Assembly (NCBI GenBank): GCA_963841435.1
Contig: CAWJCS010000003.1
Coordinates: forward strand, 1,120,001-1,184,000
Source of the DNA: an uncultured delta proteobacterium
GTDB taxonomy: Bacteria > Myxococcota_A > Polyangia > Polyangiales > Polyangiaceae
DNA: 64,000 nucleotides
Reading direction: 5' to 3'
In this document: positions 48,880 through 59,297 of the stretch, one piece after another
How positions within the stretch are numbered: the stretch's first letter is position 1
Layout of the letters: each line of letters begins with the position of its first letter
Position numbers and translations under genes: made by a program
Notes under the pieces: generated by a model
What the model saw: only the letters and a program-made list of their open reading frames with translations
The model's database searches: none
Told to the model about the DNA's origin: nothing

Positions 48880-50765
48880 TGGTTGACTCCTGCGGAGCGC
48901 GTCATGAGCGTGTTGGAGAGAGCGATCGAGCGCGCCAAATCGCTGAAGCTCTTCGTGCCGCTCGCGTTGAAGCCGGTCGCCACGGCGCCCGTCGCGCAGC
49001 CCGTCGTGGCCAGCGACGTGTCCGCCGTCGGCGGGATCTCGGCGAGCGCGTAGGCGAGCAGGTTGCTCGCGAGGCAGGTACCGAAGGCGCCGCTCGCCAC
49101 CAGGGCGTTCGCCATCTCGACGGGGCTCGTCACCATGACGCTGCCGGCGTTCTCGGGCAGCGTGGTCGTGGCGTCGATGGGCCTGCCCTGCTCGTCCATC
49201 GTGCGGTAGCGGCCGACGAGGTCGTAGTTCTCGAGCGACAGGCCGTAGGGGTCGAAGCCGGTGTGGCAGCCGTTGCACGGTGGCGTCGTCGCGCGATAGT
49301 CGGCGCGCTCGCGCTCGCTCGCATCCATGAGCACGGCCGCGGCGGCCGCAATCTTGTCCAAGGTGGCTTGATCGTCGGGGAACGGCGGGTTGTCGCCGCA
49401 GAGGATGGTGCCGTTCACGAGCAAGCCGCGACGCACGACCGACTCGGCGTCAGGGTTCGACTTTTCGGTGAGAAAGCCGCTCAGGGTCAAGAGGCCCGCG
49501 CGATCGGCCGGCAGCTGGATGGGAGCAAACCCGTCGGCATCGGGCGTGACGCCGGCAGGCGGAAACTGAACACCGTAGAGCGTGGCGATGTTCGAATTCA
49601 CGACCGTTTCGCGCGAGGTGAGCAGGCCGTCGAGCGGGCCGGACCAGAGGTTGTCCTGCAGGAAGAGCTCGGCCTCGTGATACATCGACGCGCGAAGGCC
49701 CTCGGTCCACGCCGGCGTCTTCATGGGGTCGATGTTCACGACCTCGAGCACGGGGAGCGTGAAGTACGCGAACATCGCCGCGGCGAGGTTCGTCTTCACC
49801 GGGTCGGTTGCGAGCAGGCGGTCGACCTGGCTCGCCACGTTGACGTTGCCGGCGGCGGCGGCGTCGAGCAGGGGCTGATCGGGCGGGCCGTCGGCGAGGA
49901 AGAAGGAGAGCTGGCTCGCAACCTCGTAGGGCTGGAGGCCGCCGGCGTTCGCTGCCGCGTCGCCGAACTCCGTACGATAGAGGAACTGTGGCGACTCGAA
50001 GATGGCGTACACGCTGTAGCGTACGGCCTCCTGAATGGTCATCTCCGTATCGGTGCCGCCGCCGGGGGCGATCGGCGTGTACACACCGTCCATCAGGCGC
50101 ATGGTCTCTTCTGTCGTCAGCGGGCGGCGGTAGGCTTCCTCGGCGAGGCGGGCGACGTACGCTCTCGCGCACGCGTCCGTGGGCGTCGCCGTGCAGCCGG
50201 TGACGGTCGCGAAGTTTTCGAACACGTAGTCGCCGAGGTCGTTGGCGATGTGATCGCCGGACTGCCAGTTCGCGTCGGTGATCGACGAGCCTTCGCGAGG
50301 ATTGGCGAGCGGCGGGAAGGTGCGATGGGTAAGATCGCCAATCTCGTAGGTCTGTGCGATGGCGTCTGCTTCGGCGTTGCCGAAGATGGAGCGGATCGAC
50401 GCGGCGATCTGGTTGAACGTGAGCCTTACCATCCGCTTCGCGGCGACGATGTTCCGACCCCGTGCAGCCGGGCGGGACCATGCCCGAGCCACCGACGCCC
50501 GAGCCGCCCGCGCCGCCCGCGCCGCTCGTCGAGCCGCCGGTGCCCGTGCCCGCGGTCGCGCCCCCGGTCGCCGCCGAGCCCGCCGAACCGCCCACTCCAG
50601 ACCCCGAGGCACCGCCGGCGCCGCCCACCGCGCCGGAACCAGTGGCGCCGGAGCCCGGGGGCTGTGTCGGATTACCGACGTCCCCGTGCAGGCGACCAGG
50701 AGGGCAGCGCCGACGAACCCTGTCAGGGCTCGCCACGGCGTGGGGAATGTTTTGGCTCTCGGCAT
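48876..50765 (-). CDS. DUF1592/DUF1588 multidomain lipoprotein with CxxCH; two compensating frameshifts (~50680, ~50455) in the linker
   Basis: Lipobox LVAC; the Gly-rich linker lies in the alternative frame; 'RLTFNQ', 'AYRRPL', 'SPQFLYRTE', 'YEVASQLSFFL..PPD' and 'CNGCH'. Confidence 0.85.
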   Translation of the reverse strand: MPRAKTFPTPWRALTGFVGAALLVACTGTSVIRHSPRAPAPLVPARWAAPAVPRGLEWAVRRARRRPGARPRARAPAARRAARAARAARASVARAWSRPAARGRNIVAAKRMVRLTFNQIAASIRSIFGNAEADAIAQTYEIGDLTHRTFPPLANPREGSSITDANWQSGDHIANDLGDYVFENFATVTGCTATPTDACARAYVARLAEEAYRRPLTTEETMRLMDGVYTPIAPGGGTDTEMTIQEAVRYSVYAIFESPQFLYRTEFGDAAANAGGLQPYEVASQLSFFLADGPPDQPLLDAAAAGNVNVASQVDRLLATDPVKTNLAAAMFAYFTLPVLEVVNIDPMKTPAWTEGLRASMYHEAELFLQDNLWSGPLDGLLTSRETVVNSNIATLYGVQFPPAGVTPDADGFAPIQLPADRAGLLTLSGFLTEKSNPDAESVVRRGLLVNGTILCGDNPPFPDDQATLDKIAAAAAVLMDASERERADYRATTPPCNGCHTGFDPYGLSLENYDLVGRYRTMDEQGRPIDATTTLPENAGSVMVTSPVEMANALVASGAFGTCLASNLLAYALAEIPPTADTSLATTGCATGAVATGFNASGTKSFSDLARSIALSNTLMTRSAGVNQ

Positions 50766-51106
50766 CGCGAGTCGTCTCCGAGTGACTGCGTTAAGGGTGC
50801 CCCCGCGGCGGTCGAACTCGATCACCAAAAGACTCATCATACGGTGGAATTCTGGGTCACACCCGCTCCACTCGCGTTTCTGGGTCGGATAAGGTGCGCT
50901 GCACGGACGAGATGCCACACTTCATGCATCGTTCTCGCAACCACGGCCCCAGCGAAAGGGGGCGCCCCATCTCGGTGCGAATCATCCGCGTGATCTCGCG
51001 CATATCGTGCGTTTCGATCGAGCCCGTCGTCCCGGGCCCGGTTGCCGGACGGGCACGACCAGCGGGCCCTGCGCGCCGCTGGATGCTAGGCCGGGCAGTA
51101 TCTGGG

Positions 51107-52150
51107 ATGTGGACGCGCTCGCGCACCTTGCCCCTGTGCCTCGCCGTCGCGTTCTGGGCGGCCGGCTGCGCGCCCCAGGTCGTGGATGTGGTCGAGGCGA
51201 ACCGCGGTGGAGCGGGCGGCGGCAGCTCGGGCACGGGAGCATTGGCCGGCGGGGGCGCCGGCTCGGGCGGGGCCGCGGGCCGACCCTGCGACGATCCCGA
51301 ACGCGACCGAGACGAGGACGGGACGCCCGATTGCTACGAGGACTGCCCCGACCAGCCCCTCAAGACCACGCCGGGCATCTGCGGCTGCGAGTTCCCGGAC
51401 GACGACACCGACGGTGTGGCGGGATGCGTCAACTTGCTGGACGTTCTCGTGCACCGGTATCCGTTCGACGGCACGGGCACCATCGTCGTCAACTCGAAGG
51501 GGAGCGCCGACGGCGTGCTCGTGGGTGGTGCCACGCTCGACGGGTCGGGCGCGGTGACGCTCGGTGGCGGCCGTCGCGGCGAATACGTCGACCTCCCGAA
51601 CGGGATCCTATCCGAAAACGCGTCCGTGACACTCGAAGCGTTCGTCAGGTGGTCGGGCGGCTCCCCGTGGCAGCGCATCTTCGACTTCGGTGACGACGGC
51701 AGCGGCACCGAAGGGAGCCGCAACGGGGGCGGGAGCTCGACCTACTTCTTTCTCACCACGCAGATACCCGATGACTCCGCCGAGGGACCGGTGGCACGCG
51801 TCGCCTACCAAAAGGGTGGGGGCGTAGAGGCCCAAGTGGACGCCAAGCGCGGCTTCCCCTACGGCGTCGTCACCCACGTCGCCGTGACGTTCGACTACCT
51901 GTCCAAGACCCTCGCGCTCTACATGGACGGCTCACTCGAGGGCGCCCATGCTTTCACGGGCGACAACGAGGTCCAGATCCGCCTCTCGGAAGTCAACGAC
52001 ATCAACTCCTGGCTGGGACGCTCGCTCTACGTGGCCGATTCCGATTTCGGCGGGCTCATCTACGAATTTCGTATCTACTCGCAGGCGCTCAGCGCCGAGC
52101 AGGTGCTCACGAGCTACCGGGCCGGCCCCGATGCGGCGTATCTGCCCTGA
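51107..52150 (+). CDS. Lipoprotein with a TSP3-like Ca-binding segment and a LamG/concanavalin domain
   Basis: Lipobox AAGC; 'DRDEDGTPDC..CP', 'HRYPFDG', 'WQRIFDFG', 'HVAVT', 'LYMDG' and 'EFRIYSQALS'. Confidence 0.78.
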   Translation: MWTRSRTLPLCLAVAFWAAGCAPQVVDVVEANRGGAGGGSSGTGALAGGGAGSGGAAGRPCDDPERDRDEDGTPDCYEDCPDQPLKTTPGICGCEFPDDDTDGVAGCVNLLDVLVHRYPFDGTGTIVVNSKGSADGVLVGGATLDGSGAVTLGGGRRGEYVDLPNGILSENASVTLEAFVRWSGGSPWQRIFDFGDDGSGTEGSRNGGGSSTYFFLTTQIPDDSAEGPVARVAYQKGGGVEAQVDAKRGFPYGVVTHVAVTFDYLSKTLALYMDGSLEGAHAFTGDNEVQIRLSEVNDINSWLGRSLYVADSDFGGLIYEFRIYSQALSAEQVLTSYRAGPDAAYLP

Positions 52151-52193
52151 AGAAGCGCGTGCAGCCGATGGCGATCCCAGGCGAGCGCGGACC

Positions 52194-53288
52194 TCAGAGC
52201 ACGCCCGCGACGCTCGCGCTGACGAGCACCATGGGCGAGCCCGCCGTGGCCGCCTGCTCTCCCGCGATCCGGACCATCGTGCGAGCCCAAGCTTCGAGCA
52301 CCTCGGCCTGGAGGGACACGGCGAAGCCCGCGCCAGGCTGCAGCCAGATCCCGGCGCCCGCGCCCGTGGCGCCGGACCACGTGCGACGCGTGCGAGCGAC
52401 GTAGGGCGCGTCGGCGACGCCGTCCGTGTCGGTGAGATAGGCGCCGGAGCTCAGTGAGAGCAGGGGCTCGACCGCGCCGGTCGCGTTGAAGCGCGCGACG
52501 AGGCCGACGGTGCCGAGCCCTTGCCGCACGCGGGCCTCACCGCTAGCCGTGCTCGTGGTGGCTTGGCTGCCGAATGCGCTGGCGGTCAAGACGACGTTGA
52601 GCGAAACCGGTCCGTCCCCGAGCCAGGACGACGGAAGCGTCGCGCCCAGACGCAGGAGCGGCGCCACGGAGGAGGCCAGCCCTTCGAAACCGAGGAGCAT
52701 CCCCGCGCCCGCCTCGAGGCGAAAGCCGTCGCCTGGGCGCGGTGGAGGAGGAAGGGGCGACGGCGGCAGCGGGGGTGGCGACGACGGCGGCGTTTCGGGG
52801 CGAGCTTGCCGCGTCACGGAGAGCTCGGCGAGGTCCGCCTTGAGGATCTCCGCAACCTGGACGGCTACGCGCGCCGAGTCCTTGCCGGGATCGGCGGGAT
52901 CGACCGCGTAGGTGAGCACGAAGGTGCGGCGCAAGAGCCGATCCGAAAGCCAGATCTCCGCGCTGTGTGGGCGATCGGCCGCCGCGGGCGGATCGACGAC
53001 GAAGAGAACGGCCGCGGGCTGCAGCTCGCGCGCCGCGGTCTCGCTGAGTGTCTTCGGGTCATCCATCCCGCCGACTTGCAGCGTTACGACATCGAAGCCC
53101 GCGGCGCTGAGCTCGCCGCGCAGGCGCGCCCGCACCTCGACGGTGTTCGCCGCGTCCTCCGGCTCGAGCACGACGACACGGTGCCGGTACTGGGCGACGG
53201 CAGCGCCCGAGAACAACGAAAAGAGCGCGAGGAGGCAGAGCGAAAGGAGCCGCCGCGCGCGAGCCGCCGCGCGCGAGCCCGCGCTCAC
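52194..53288 (-). CDS. Exported hypothetical protein with a probable C-terminal beta-barrel, third gene of the ECF operon
   Basis: Signal peptide, 'RLRGELSAAGF', Pro linker and alternating beta strands; GTGA overlap. Confidence 0.6.
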   Translation of the reverse strand: MSAGSRAAARARRLLSLCLLALFSLFSGAAVAQYRHRVVVLEPEDAANTVEVRARLRGELSAAGFDVVTLQVGGMDDPKTLSETAARELQPAAVLFVVDPPAAADRPHSAEIWLSDRLLRRTFVLTYAVDPADPGKDSARVAVQVAEILKADLAELSVTRQARPETPPSSPPPLPPSPLPPPPRPGDGFRLEAGAGMLLGFEGLASSVAPLLRLGATLPSSWLGDGPVSLNVVLTASAFGSQATTSTASGEARVRQGLGTVGLVARFNATGAVEPLLSLSSGAYLTDTDGVADAPYVARTRRTWSGATGAGAGIWLQPGAGFAVSLQAEVLEAWARTMVRIAGEQAATAGSPMVLVSASVAGVL

Positions 53289-54523
53289 GGAGCGGACGCT
53301 GCCGGATCCTCGGTGATCTTGCGTGCGGCGGCCGCGTAGGGCCCTGCCGGGAAGCGCACGAGGTAGTCGTCGGCAATCGCGCGAGCCCCCGAGGCGCCCC
53401 GCTGCTGGTAGGCGAGCATCATCTTGCGACCCAATGCTTGAGAGGCATACGTCCCGCGCGGGCTGTCCGCAAGATAACGCTCGTACCACTCGATGGCGCC
53501 CCCGCCCCCGTCTTCGGCGAGGCGCCCCAGGAAGAACGCCGCGTCCCGCGCGGCATTGGAGCTCGGAAAGCGCTTGCGTTCGGCCAGAAGCGCCCGCTTC
53601 GCGATGGAAGCGCGCCGCGCGTAGCGCGCGGAATCGGCCAGCGCGCCGATGTCGGCGAGCGAGGCCGTCGCCAGCGTTGCGTCGAGACCGCGCCGCTCCG
53701 CCAACTCGATGACCGAGGCGAAGTCACCCTGGGCCGCGCGGCGGGCCCAGTCGAGGGTCGCGTCGGCCGTGGCCGTGTCGCTCGGCGCGGCAGGCTCGCT
53801 CGCCGCGGTCTCCGCGGCGGGGGCGGCGGGGGCCTGCACGTCCGCGGTCTTTTCGGGGGCGGCGTTGATGCTGTTGACCACGAGCTGGCCGTCGCCGAGC
53901 GTCGTCTTGACGTGCTGGCCGGCGTGGAGCGCCATGCCGGCGCCCACGAGCGGCCCGCTCACGATCACGCTGCCGTGCTGCATCGCAATCTCGAAGGCCT
54001 GGTCGCGCTTCGACCAATGGAGCGAGAACGCCGTGCCGGTGACGCGCACCGAGTAGGGCCCGGCCGCGAGCGTCCAGGCGGCGCCCGGGCGGCGCGTGAT
54101 GGCGACGCGCGCCGTGCCGTCGTCGAGGCTCACGTGACCGCCGTTCTCGTCGAGGGTCTCGATGCGGGTGTCGGCGCCCGGGTCGAGCGCGAGCTGGGAG
54201 CCGTCGGAGAAACGGATGCTCGTGTGGGCGCCCGCGATGACGTGATCGCCGTTGACCACGGCGCCGTTGACGACGCGATAGGTGATGTCGTGCGTGCGCG
54301 TGGCGACGAAGGCGCCCGCGGCGATGGCGAGCATGGTGGCGGCCGCTGCGACCGAGGCCAGCACGCGGCGTCGCGTCTTGATGCGCGCGACCTTCACGGC
54401 GACCCTGGCGAAGCTCGCGTCGTCACGCCGGCCGGCGTCGCCCTGCAAACCTTGCCGGGCGAGCCGAGCGAACGAGGTGACGGCCCGATCGCCTTCCACG
54501 GGTGCCAGCCCTTCGTGGGTCAT
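53285..54523 (-). CDS. FecR-like anti-sigma factor with C-terminal TPR
   Basis: Single TM, 'FSDGS.L.L', 'VRVTGTAF', 'GSVIV', and helical repeats 'YERYL..P.G.YA'. Confidence 0.8.
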   Translation of the reverse strand: MTHEGLAPVEGDRAVTSFARLARQGLQGDAGRRDDASFARVAVKVARIKTRRRVLASVAAAATMLAIAAGAFVATRTHDITYRVVNGAVVNGDHVIAGAHTSIRFSDGSQLALDPGADTRIETLDENGGHVSLDDGTARVAITRRPGAAWTLAAGPYSVRVTGTAFSLHWSKRDQAFEIAMQHGSVIVSGPLVGAGMALHAGQHVKTTLGDGQLVVNSINAAPEKTADVQAPAAPAAETAASEPAAPSDTATADATLDWARRAAQGDFASVIELAERRGLDATLATASLADIGALADSARYARRASIAKRALLAERKRFPSSNAARDAAFFLGRLAEDGGGGAIEWYERYLADSPRGTYASQALGRKMMLAYQQRGASGARAIADDYLVRFPAGPYAAAARKITEDPAASAP

Positions 54524-55164
54524 TGGGCACGGCCTCCGCGAAGCTCGCCCAGGTATTCCTTGAGGAAGGGGTCGCGACCAGCGAGCAACGAGACGCGCTT
54601 GTAAGCGCGGGTGAAGCAGCGGCGCGCCGTGGGCACGGAGGTCTGGAGGGCGGAGGCCACGTCAGCGACTTCCATACCCTCGATGTAGCGAAGCACGAAG
54701 GCGTTCCGGTCACGGGCTCGGACGCCGTCGAGGATCTTGTAGAAACGGAGCAGCGCCTCCCTCGACTCCGGGTTCGACTCGACCACCCGAATGTCCGGCA
54801 GCTCCGAGGTCGGGGAGAGCCCCACCCAACGCCGGACGCGGCGCCGGCGGAGCTCGTAGCTCACGTTGTGCAGGGTCACCGATACAATGAATGCCCGGAA
54901 GGCGGCCGGTTCGCGCAGTCGCGACGGTTTTGCAAAGAGGGTCGCGAAGACGTCCTGCACGACGTCCTCCACTTCCTGCTCGGGACCCAGGGACCGGCGC
55001 ACGATGCGGCGCACCATCGGGGCGAAACGCGTCCAGACGGCACGGGGCGCCGCCGGATGCCGGTCGATGAGCGCGCGGGCCAGCCCGGCGTCATCGAGCG
55101 CCGCCAGGTTGGCTACGCCGCCACTGTCGGGCGCCTCAAGTTCCACGACGGGGGTGCTGTCCAC
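54520..55164 (-). CDS. ECF sigma-70 factor (start uncertain)
   Basis: Region 2 'VEDVVQDVF' and region 4 'FVLRYIEGMEVADVASAL'. Confidence 0.85.
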   Translation of the reverse strand: MDSTPVVELEAPDSGGVANLAALDDAGLARALIDRHPAAPRAVWTRFAPMVRRIVRRSLGPEQEVEDVVQDVFATLFAKPSRLREPAAFRAFIVSVTLHNVSYELRRRRVRRWVGLSPTSELPDIRVVESNPESREALLRFYKILDGVRARDRNAFVLRYIEGMEVADVASALQTSVPTARRCFTRAYKRVSLLAGRDPFLKEYLGELRGGRAQ

Positions 55165-55421
55165 GGCCAAGGCGGAGACGGCACCAAAAAGGGCCGTGAC
55201 TCCCCAATCCTTGGTTCGTAACCCAGGAGGGGGGGCCTCGCAAGGCAAGCGCAGCACACGAGCAGTCACAACACTTAGTCGAGTACCCGGAGTGGGTAAC
55301 AGGCGATCAGGAAAGTTGAACGACTTCCAGTCTGCCGGAAACATGTAGGCACCTGTCGTTCGCCCGAAGAGCATCTTTTCGATTTTCCTGATCCGTTTCG
55401 CTGGACTGCGGACACTGCGAT

Positions 55422-55451
55422 CCGCCTGGTGAATGTTTGCATTCCAGGCGG
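55422..55451 (-). terminator. Hairpin downstream of aguA (possible terminator)
   Basis: ccgcctgg-tgaatg-tttg-cattc-caggcgg stem-loop; no clear U-tract. Confidence 0.35.
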
Positions 55452-55529
55452 GGCGCGAGCGCAAAATGCGCAATCGCCCGGCCGCCCGCCGGCAGCGGAG
55501 CTCCGCACCGGAGCACCGCGAGCGGCGCG

Positions 55530-56653
55530 CTAGTCGCGCGGCTCTTGCTGCGTGGAGCAGTGCAAGGTCCCGAGCCCGAGCACCAGGTCGCGCGCGTGGA
55601 TGCCCACCACCTCACGCTCGGGGAAGAGCTCCCCGAGCACGCCGAGCGCGACGCGATCCTGCGGATCGTCGAACGTCGGCACGAGAACGGCGTCGTTCGC
55701 GACGTAGAAGTTCGCGTAGCTCGCGGGCAGCCGCTGGCGCTTGAACGCAACGGGCGCGGGCATCGGCAACGGAACGATCTCGAGGCGCCGGCCCCGCGCG
55801 TCGCGAGCGCCCGAGAGCCGCTCGCGCGCCTCGGACAACACGCGATGGTTCGGATCGCGACCGTTGGTTTCGAGTGAGAGCGCGATGCGTCCGGGCGCGA
55901 CGAAGCGCGCGAAGTCGTCGACGTGCCCGCCCGTGTCGTCGCCCGCGATCCCACGGCCGAGCCACAAGACCCGTTCCGCTCCGACGAAGTCGCGCAGCAC
56001 TTGCTCGGTGAGCGCGCGGCCGAGCTTGGGGTTGCGTGCCTGCTTGCCGTCGAGCAGGCACTCTTCGGTGGCGAGCAGCGTGCCCTCGCCGTCCACGTCG
56101 ATGGCGCCGCCCTCGAGCACGACGTGATACGGGCGGCGGCCGAGCGTGAGCACGGGCGCGAGCAGCGGCACGCCGGCCCACGTGGCCGCTGCGGCGCCGG
56201 CCTTGGCGTCGGCGTGGTGGTTTTTGTATTTGCTCCAGCCGTTGAAGCGCCAGCCGATCGCCGCGAGCGCGCCGCCGCGTTTGCCGCGCTTCGCGCGCTT
56301 GACGAAGGTCGGGACGAAGTCGCGCGTCCACGAGCGATCGGTCTTCGCGGTCACGAAGTCCACGCGAGAAAGGTTGACGCCCGACATGCCGAGCGCACCC
56401 CGCGCCGCCAGCCGATCGCGCGGGCCGCGCACGATCAGGCGCACCCGCTCTCCTCGCGTGAGCACGCGCGCGAGCTCCGCGAAGACCCAGGGGATGGCCG
56501 CGAACTTCCCGGGCCAGTCGGTGACCTCGTGCGGCCACGCGAGCCAGGTCGCGGCGTGCGGCTCCCACTCGGCGGGCATGGCGTAGCCTGCCGCGAAGGG
56601 TGTCGTTGACGTGCCGACGGCGGGCGCCGACTTTCGTCGCGGAGCGCGGGCGC

Positions 56654-56657
<4 letters not shown>
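55530..56657 (-). CDS. aguA: Agmatine deiminase (PAD family)
   Basis: 'MPAEWEPH', 'WTRD', 'EGGAIDVDGEG', 'DTGGHVD', 'ASYANF' and 'GTLHCSTQQEP'. Confidence 0.9.
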
Positions 56658-57571
<914 letters not shown>

Positions 57572-57833
57572 GTGAGGGGCGCAAGCTAGCCCCAGCCGGC
57601 AGTCGCGCCAAGCCCGGGCGACCGACGCGAACCCGCGCGCACCCGTTCGTCACGTCGTAGAGCTTTCGGGGTCATGCCGCGCTGCCTCGGGCCGCGGCTT
57701 CGGGAGCGCGAGGGCTCAGGCCCTGAGATGGAGTCGAGTGCCGACCGAGCCCGTCGGCTCGGTGCGGTTGATGCCGAGCTCGCCCTCGGGGCCGCCGCCC
57801 GCCGCGGAAGTCGGGGCAGGCGCGTGCGCATTC

Positions 57834-57849
57834 TTGACACATCGGTCAA
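57834..57849 (+). promoter_or_regulatory. Putative TetR operator overlapping a TTGACA -35 element
   Basis: Palindrome TTGAC-acatcg-GTCAA about 20 bp upstream of the tetR start. Confidence 0.6.
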
Positions 57850-57868
57850 CAAATGGCTCGATGGGCAC

Positions 57869-58465
57869 TTGTCCGGCCGCCCGCGAGAATTCGACCGCGA
57901 CCAGGCGCTCGACCGCGCCATGCAGCTTTTCTGGAGGCGGGGCTACGAGAAGACGAGCATGAGCGATCTCACCGAAGCGCTCGGCATCGGTCGCCAGAGC
58001 CTCTACGGAGCGTTCGGTGACAAGCGCGCGCTGTTCGTCGAATGCCTCGAACGCTACACGGACGACGTGCTCGAGCGCACGGTGATCGCGCCGCTCGACG
58101 CGCCCGGCTCCGGGCTAACGAACGTGCGCCGCACGCTCGACGCCTGGCAAGCGTACGCGGAGAGCGACGCGTTCCAGGGGTGCTTGCTCGGCAACTCGCT
58201 CGCCGAGCTCGGCATGCAGGATCCCGATCTCGATCGCGTCATCAAAAAGAAGCTCGATAGGTTGCGAGCGGCGTTCGAGCGCGCCCTCGCACGCGCCAAG
58301 ACCGACGGTGAGCTCGGTCGCGGCACCGACGCCGCGGCGCTCGCGCGCAGTCTAACGGCGTTCGCCCAGGGCGCGGCGATGGTCGCAAAGGTGTGGCGCG
58401 AGAAGAGCGCCATCCGCGACACGCTCGCGGGCGCGCACACGCTCATCGACGCCCACGTGCGCTGA
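57869..58465 (+). CDS. TetR/AcrR family regulator (NemR/ComR-like)
   Basis: 'GRPREFD', 'FWRRGYEKTS', 'SLYGAFGDK' and 'GCLLGN'; TTG start inferred. Confidence 0.88.
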   Translation: MSGRPREFDRDQALDRAMQLFWRRGYEKTSMSDLTEALGIGRQSLYGAFGDKRALFVECLERYTDDVLERTVIAPLDAPGSGLTNVRRTLDAWQAYAESDAFQGCLLGNSLAELGMQDPDLDRVIKKKLDRLRAAFERALARAKTDGELGRGTDAAALARSLTAFAQGAAMVAKVWREKSAIRDTLAGAHTLIDAHVR

Positions 58466-58506
58466 GGCCCGGGGAAAGACGGCGAGCTACGACCTGCGGC
58501 CAATTC

Positions 58507-58522
58507 TGGAACGAATGGTCAA
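58507..58522 (+). promoter_or_regulatory. Second putative TetR operator upstream of the SDR gene
   Basis: TGGAACgaatGGTCAA shares spacing and the GGTCAA half-site with 57834-57849. Confidence 0.45.
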
Positions 58523-58540
58523 AAACAAGGAGAAGGCACC

Positions 58541-59287
58541 ATGCGCTTGAAAGACAGGGTTTGCATCATCACGGGGGGGACGTCCGGGATCGGGCTGGCG
58601 ACCGCGCGCCTGTTCGCGCGCGAGGGCGGCCGCGTCACGACGACGGGCAGCTCGCCCGCGAGCGTCGAGCGGGCGCGCACCGAGCTCGGCGCCAACGTCG
58701 AGGTGGTGTTGTCGGACGCGCGTAGCGCCGACGCGAGCCTCGCGCTCGTCGCGGGTGTCACGAGCCGTCACGGAGGCATCGACGTGCTGTTCCTCAACGC
58801 CGGGCGCGCGCTCGTCGCACCCATCGCATCGATGGAGGAAGCGGCGTTCGACGACCTCTTCGCAACGAACCTCAAGGGACCCTGGCTCCTATTGCGTGCC
58901 GCCATCCCCCATCTGAGGCCCGGCGCCTCGGTGCTCTTCAACACCTCGATCGCGAACGCGTCGGGGGCCGCCGGGCTGAGCGCCTACGCGGCGACCAAGG
59001 CAGGCTTGAGGGCGCTCTCGCGGGTGGCCGCTTTTGAGCTCCTACCGCTCGGCGCGCGAGTGAACGCGCTGAGCCCCGGCCCCATCGACACCCCCATCGT
59101 TTCCAAGCTCTCGTTGCCCCTGGAACAGGAGCGCGCCGTGCGGCAGCACTTGCTCGAATCGGTGCCCATGGGGCGCTTCGGAACGCCCGAGGAAGTGGCC
59201 GAGGCGGCTCTGTTTCTCGTGAGCGCCGCGGGGTCCTTCATCAACGGCGTGGAGCTCGTGGTGGACGGCGGGGTCACGGCGCTCTAG
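58541..59287 (+). CDS. SDR family oxidoreductase
   Basis: 'TGGTSGIG', 'NAG', 'YAATK', 'RVNALSPGP' and 'VDGG'; AAGGAG RBS. Confidence 0.9.
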   Translation: MRLKDRVCIITGGTSGIGLATARLFAREGGRVTTTGSSPASVERARTELGANVEVVLSDARSADASLALVAGVTSRHGGIDVLFLNAGRALVAPIASMEEAAFDDLFATNLKGPWLLLRAAIPHLRPGASVLFNTSIANASGAAGLSAYAATKAGLRALSRVAAFELLPLGARVNALSPGPIDTPIVSKLSLPLEQERAVRQHLLESVPMGRFGTPEEVAEAALFLVSAAGSFINGVELVVDGGVTAL

Positions 59288-59297
59288 GAGCCCCACG

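Noticed and set aside
50940-50975. cccc-agc-gaaa-ggggg hairpin resembling a c-di-GMP-I riboswitch
   Set aside because: Lacks the GGCAAAC and GCAAA conserved segments and a second stem.
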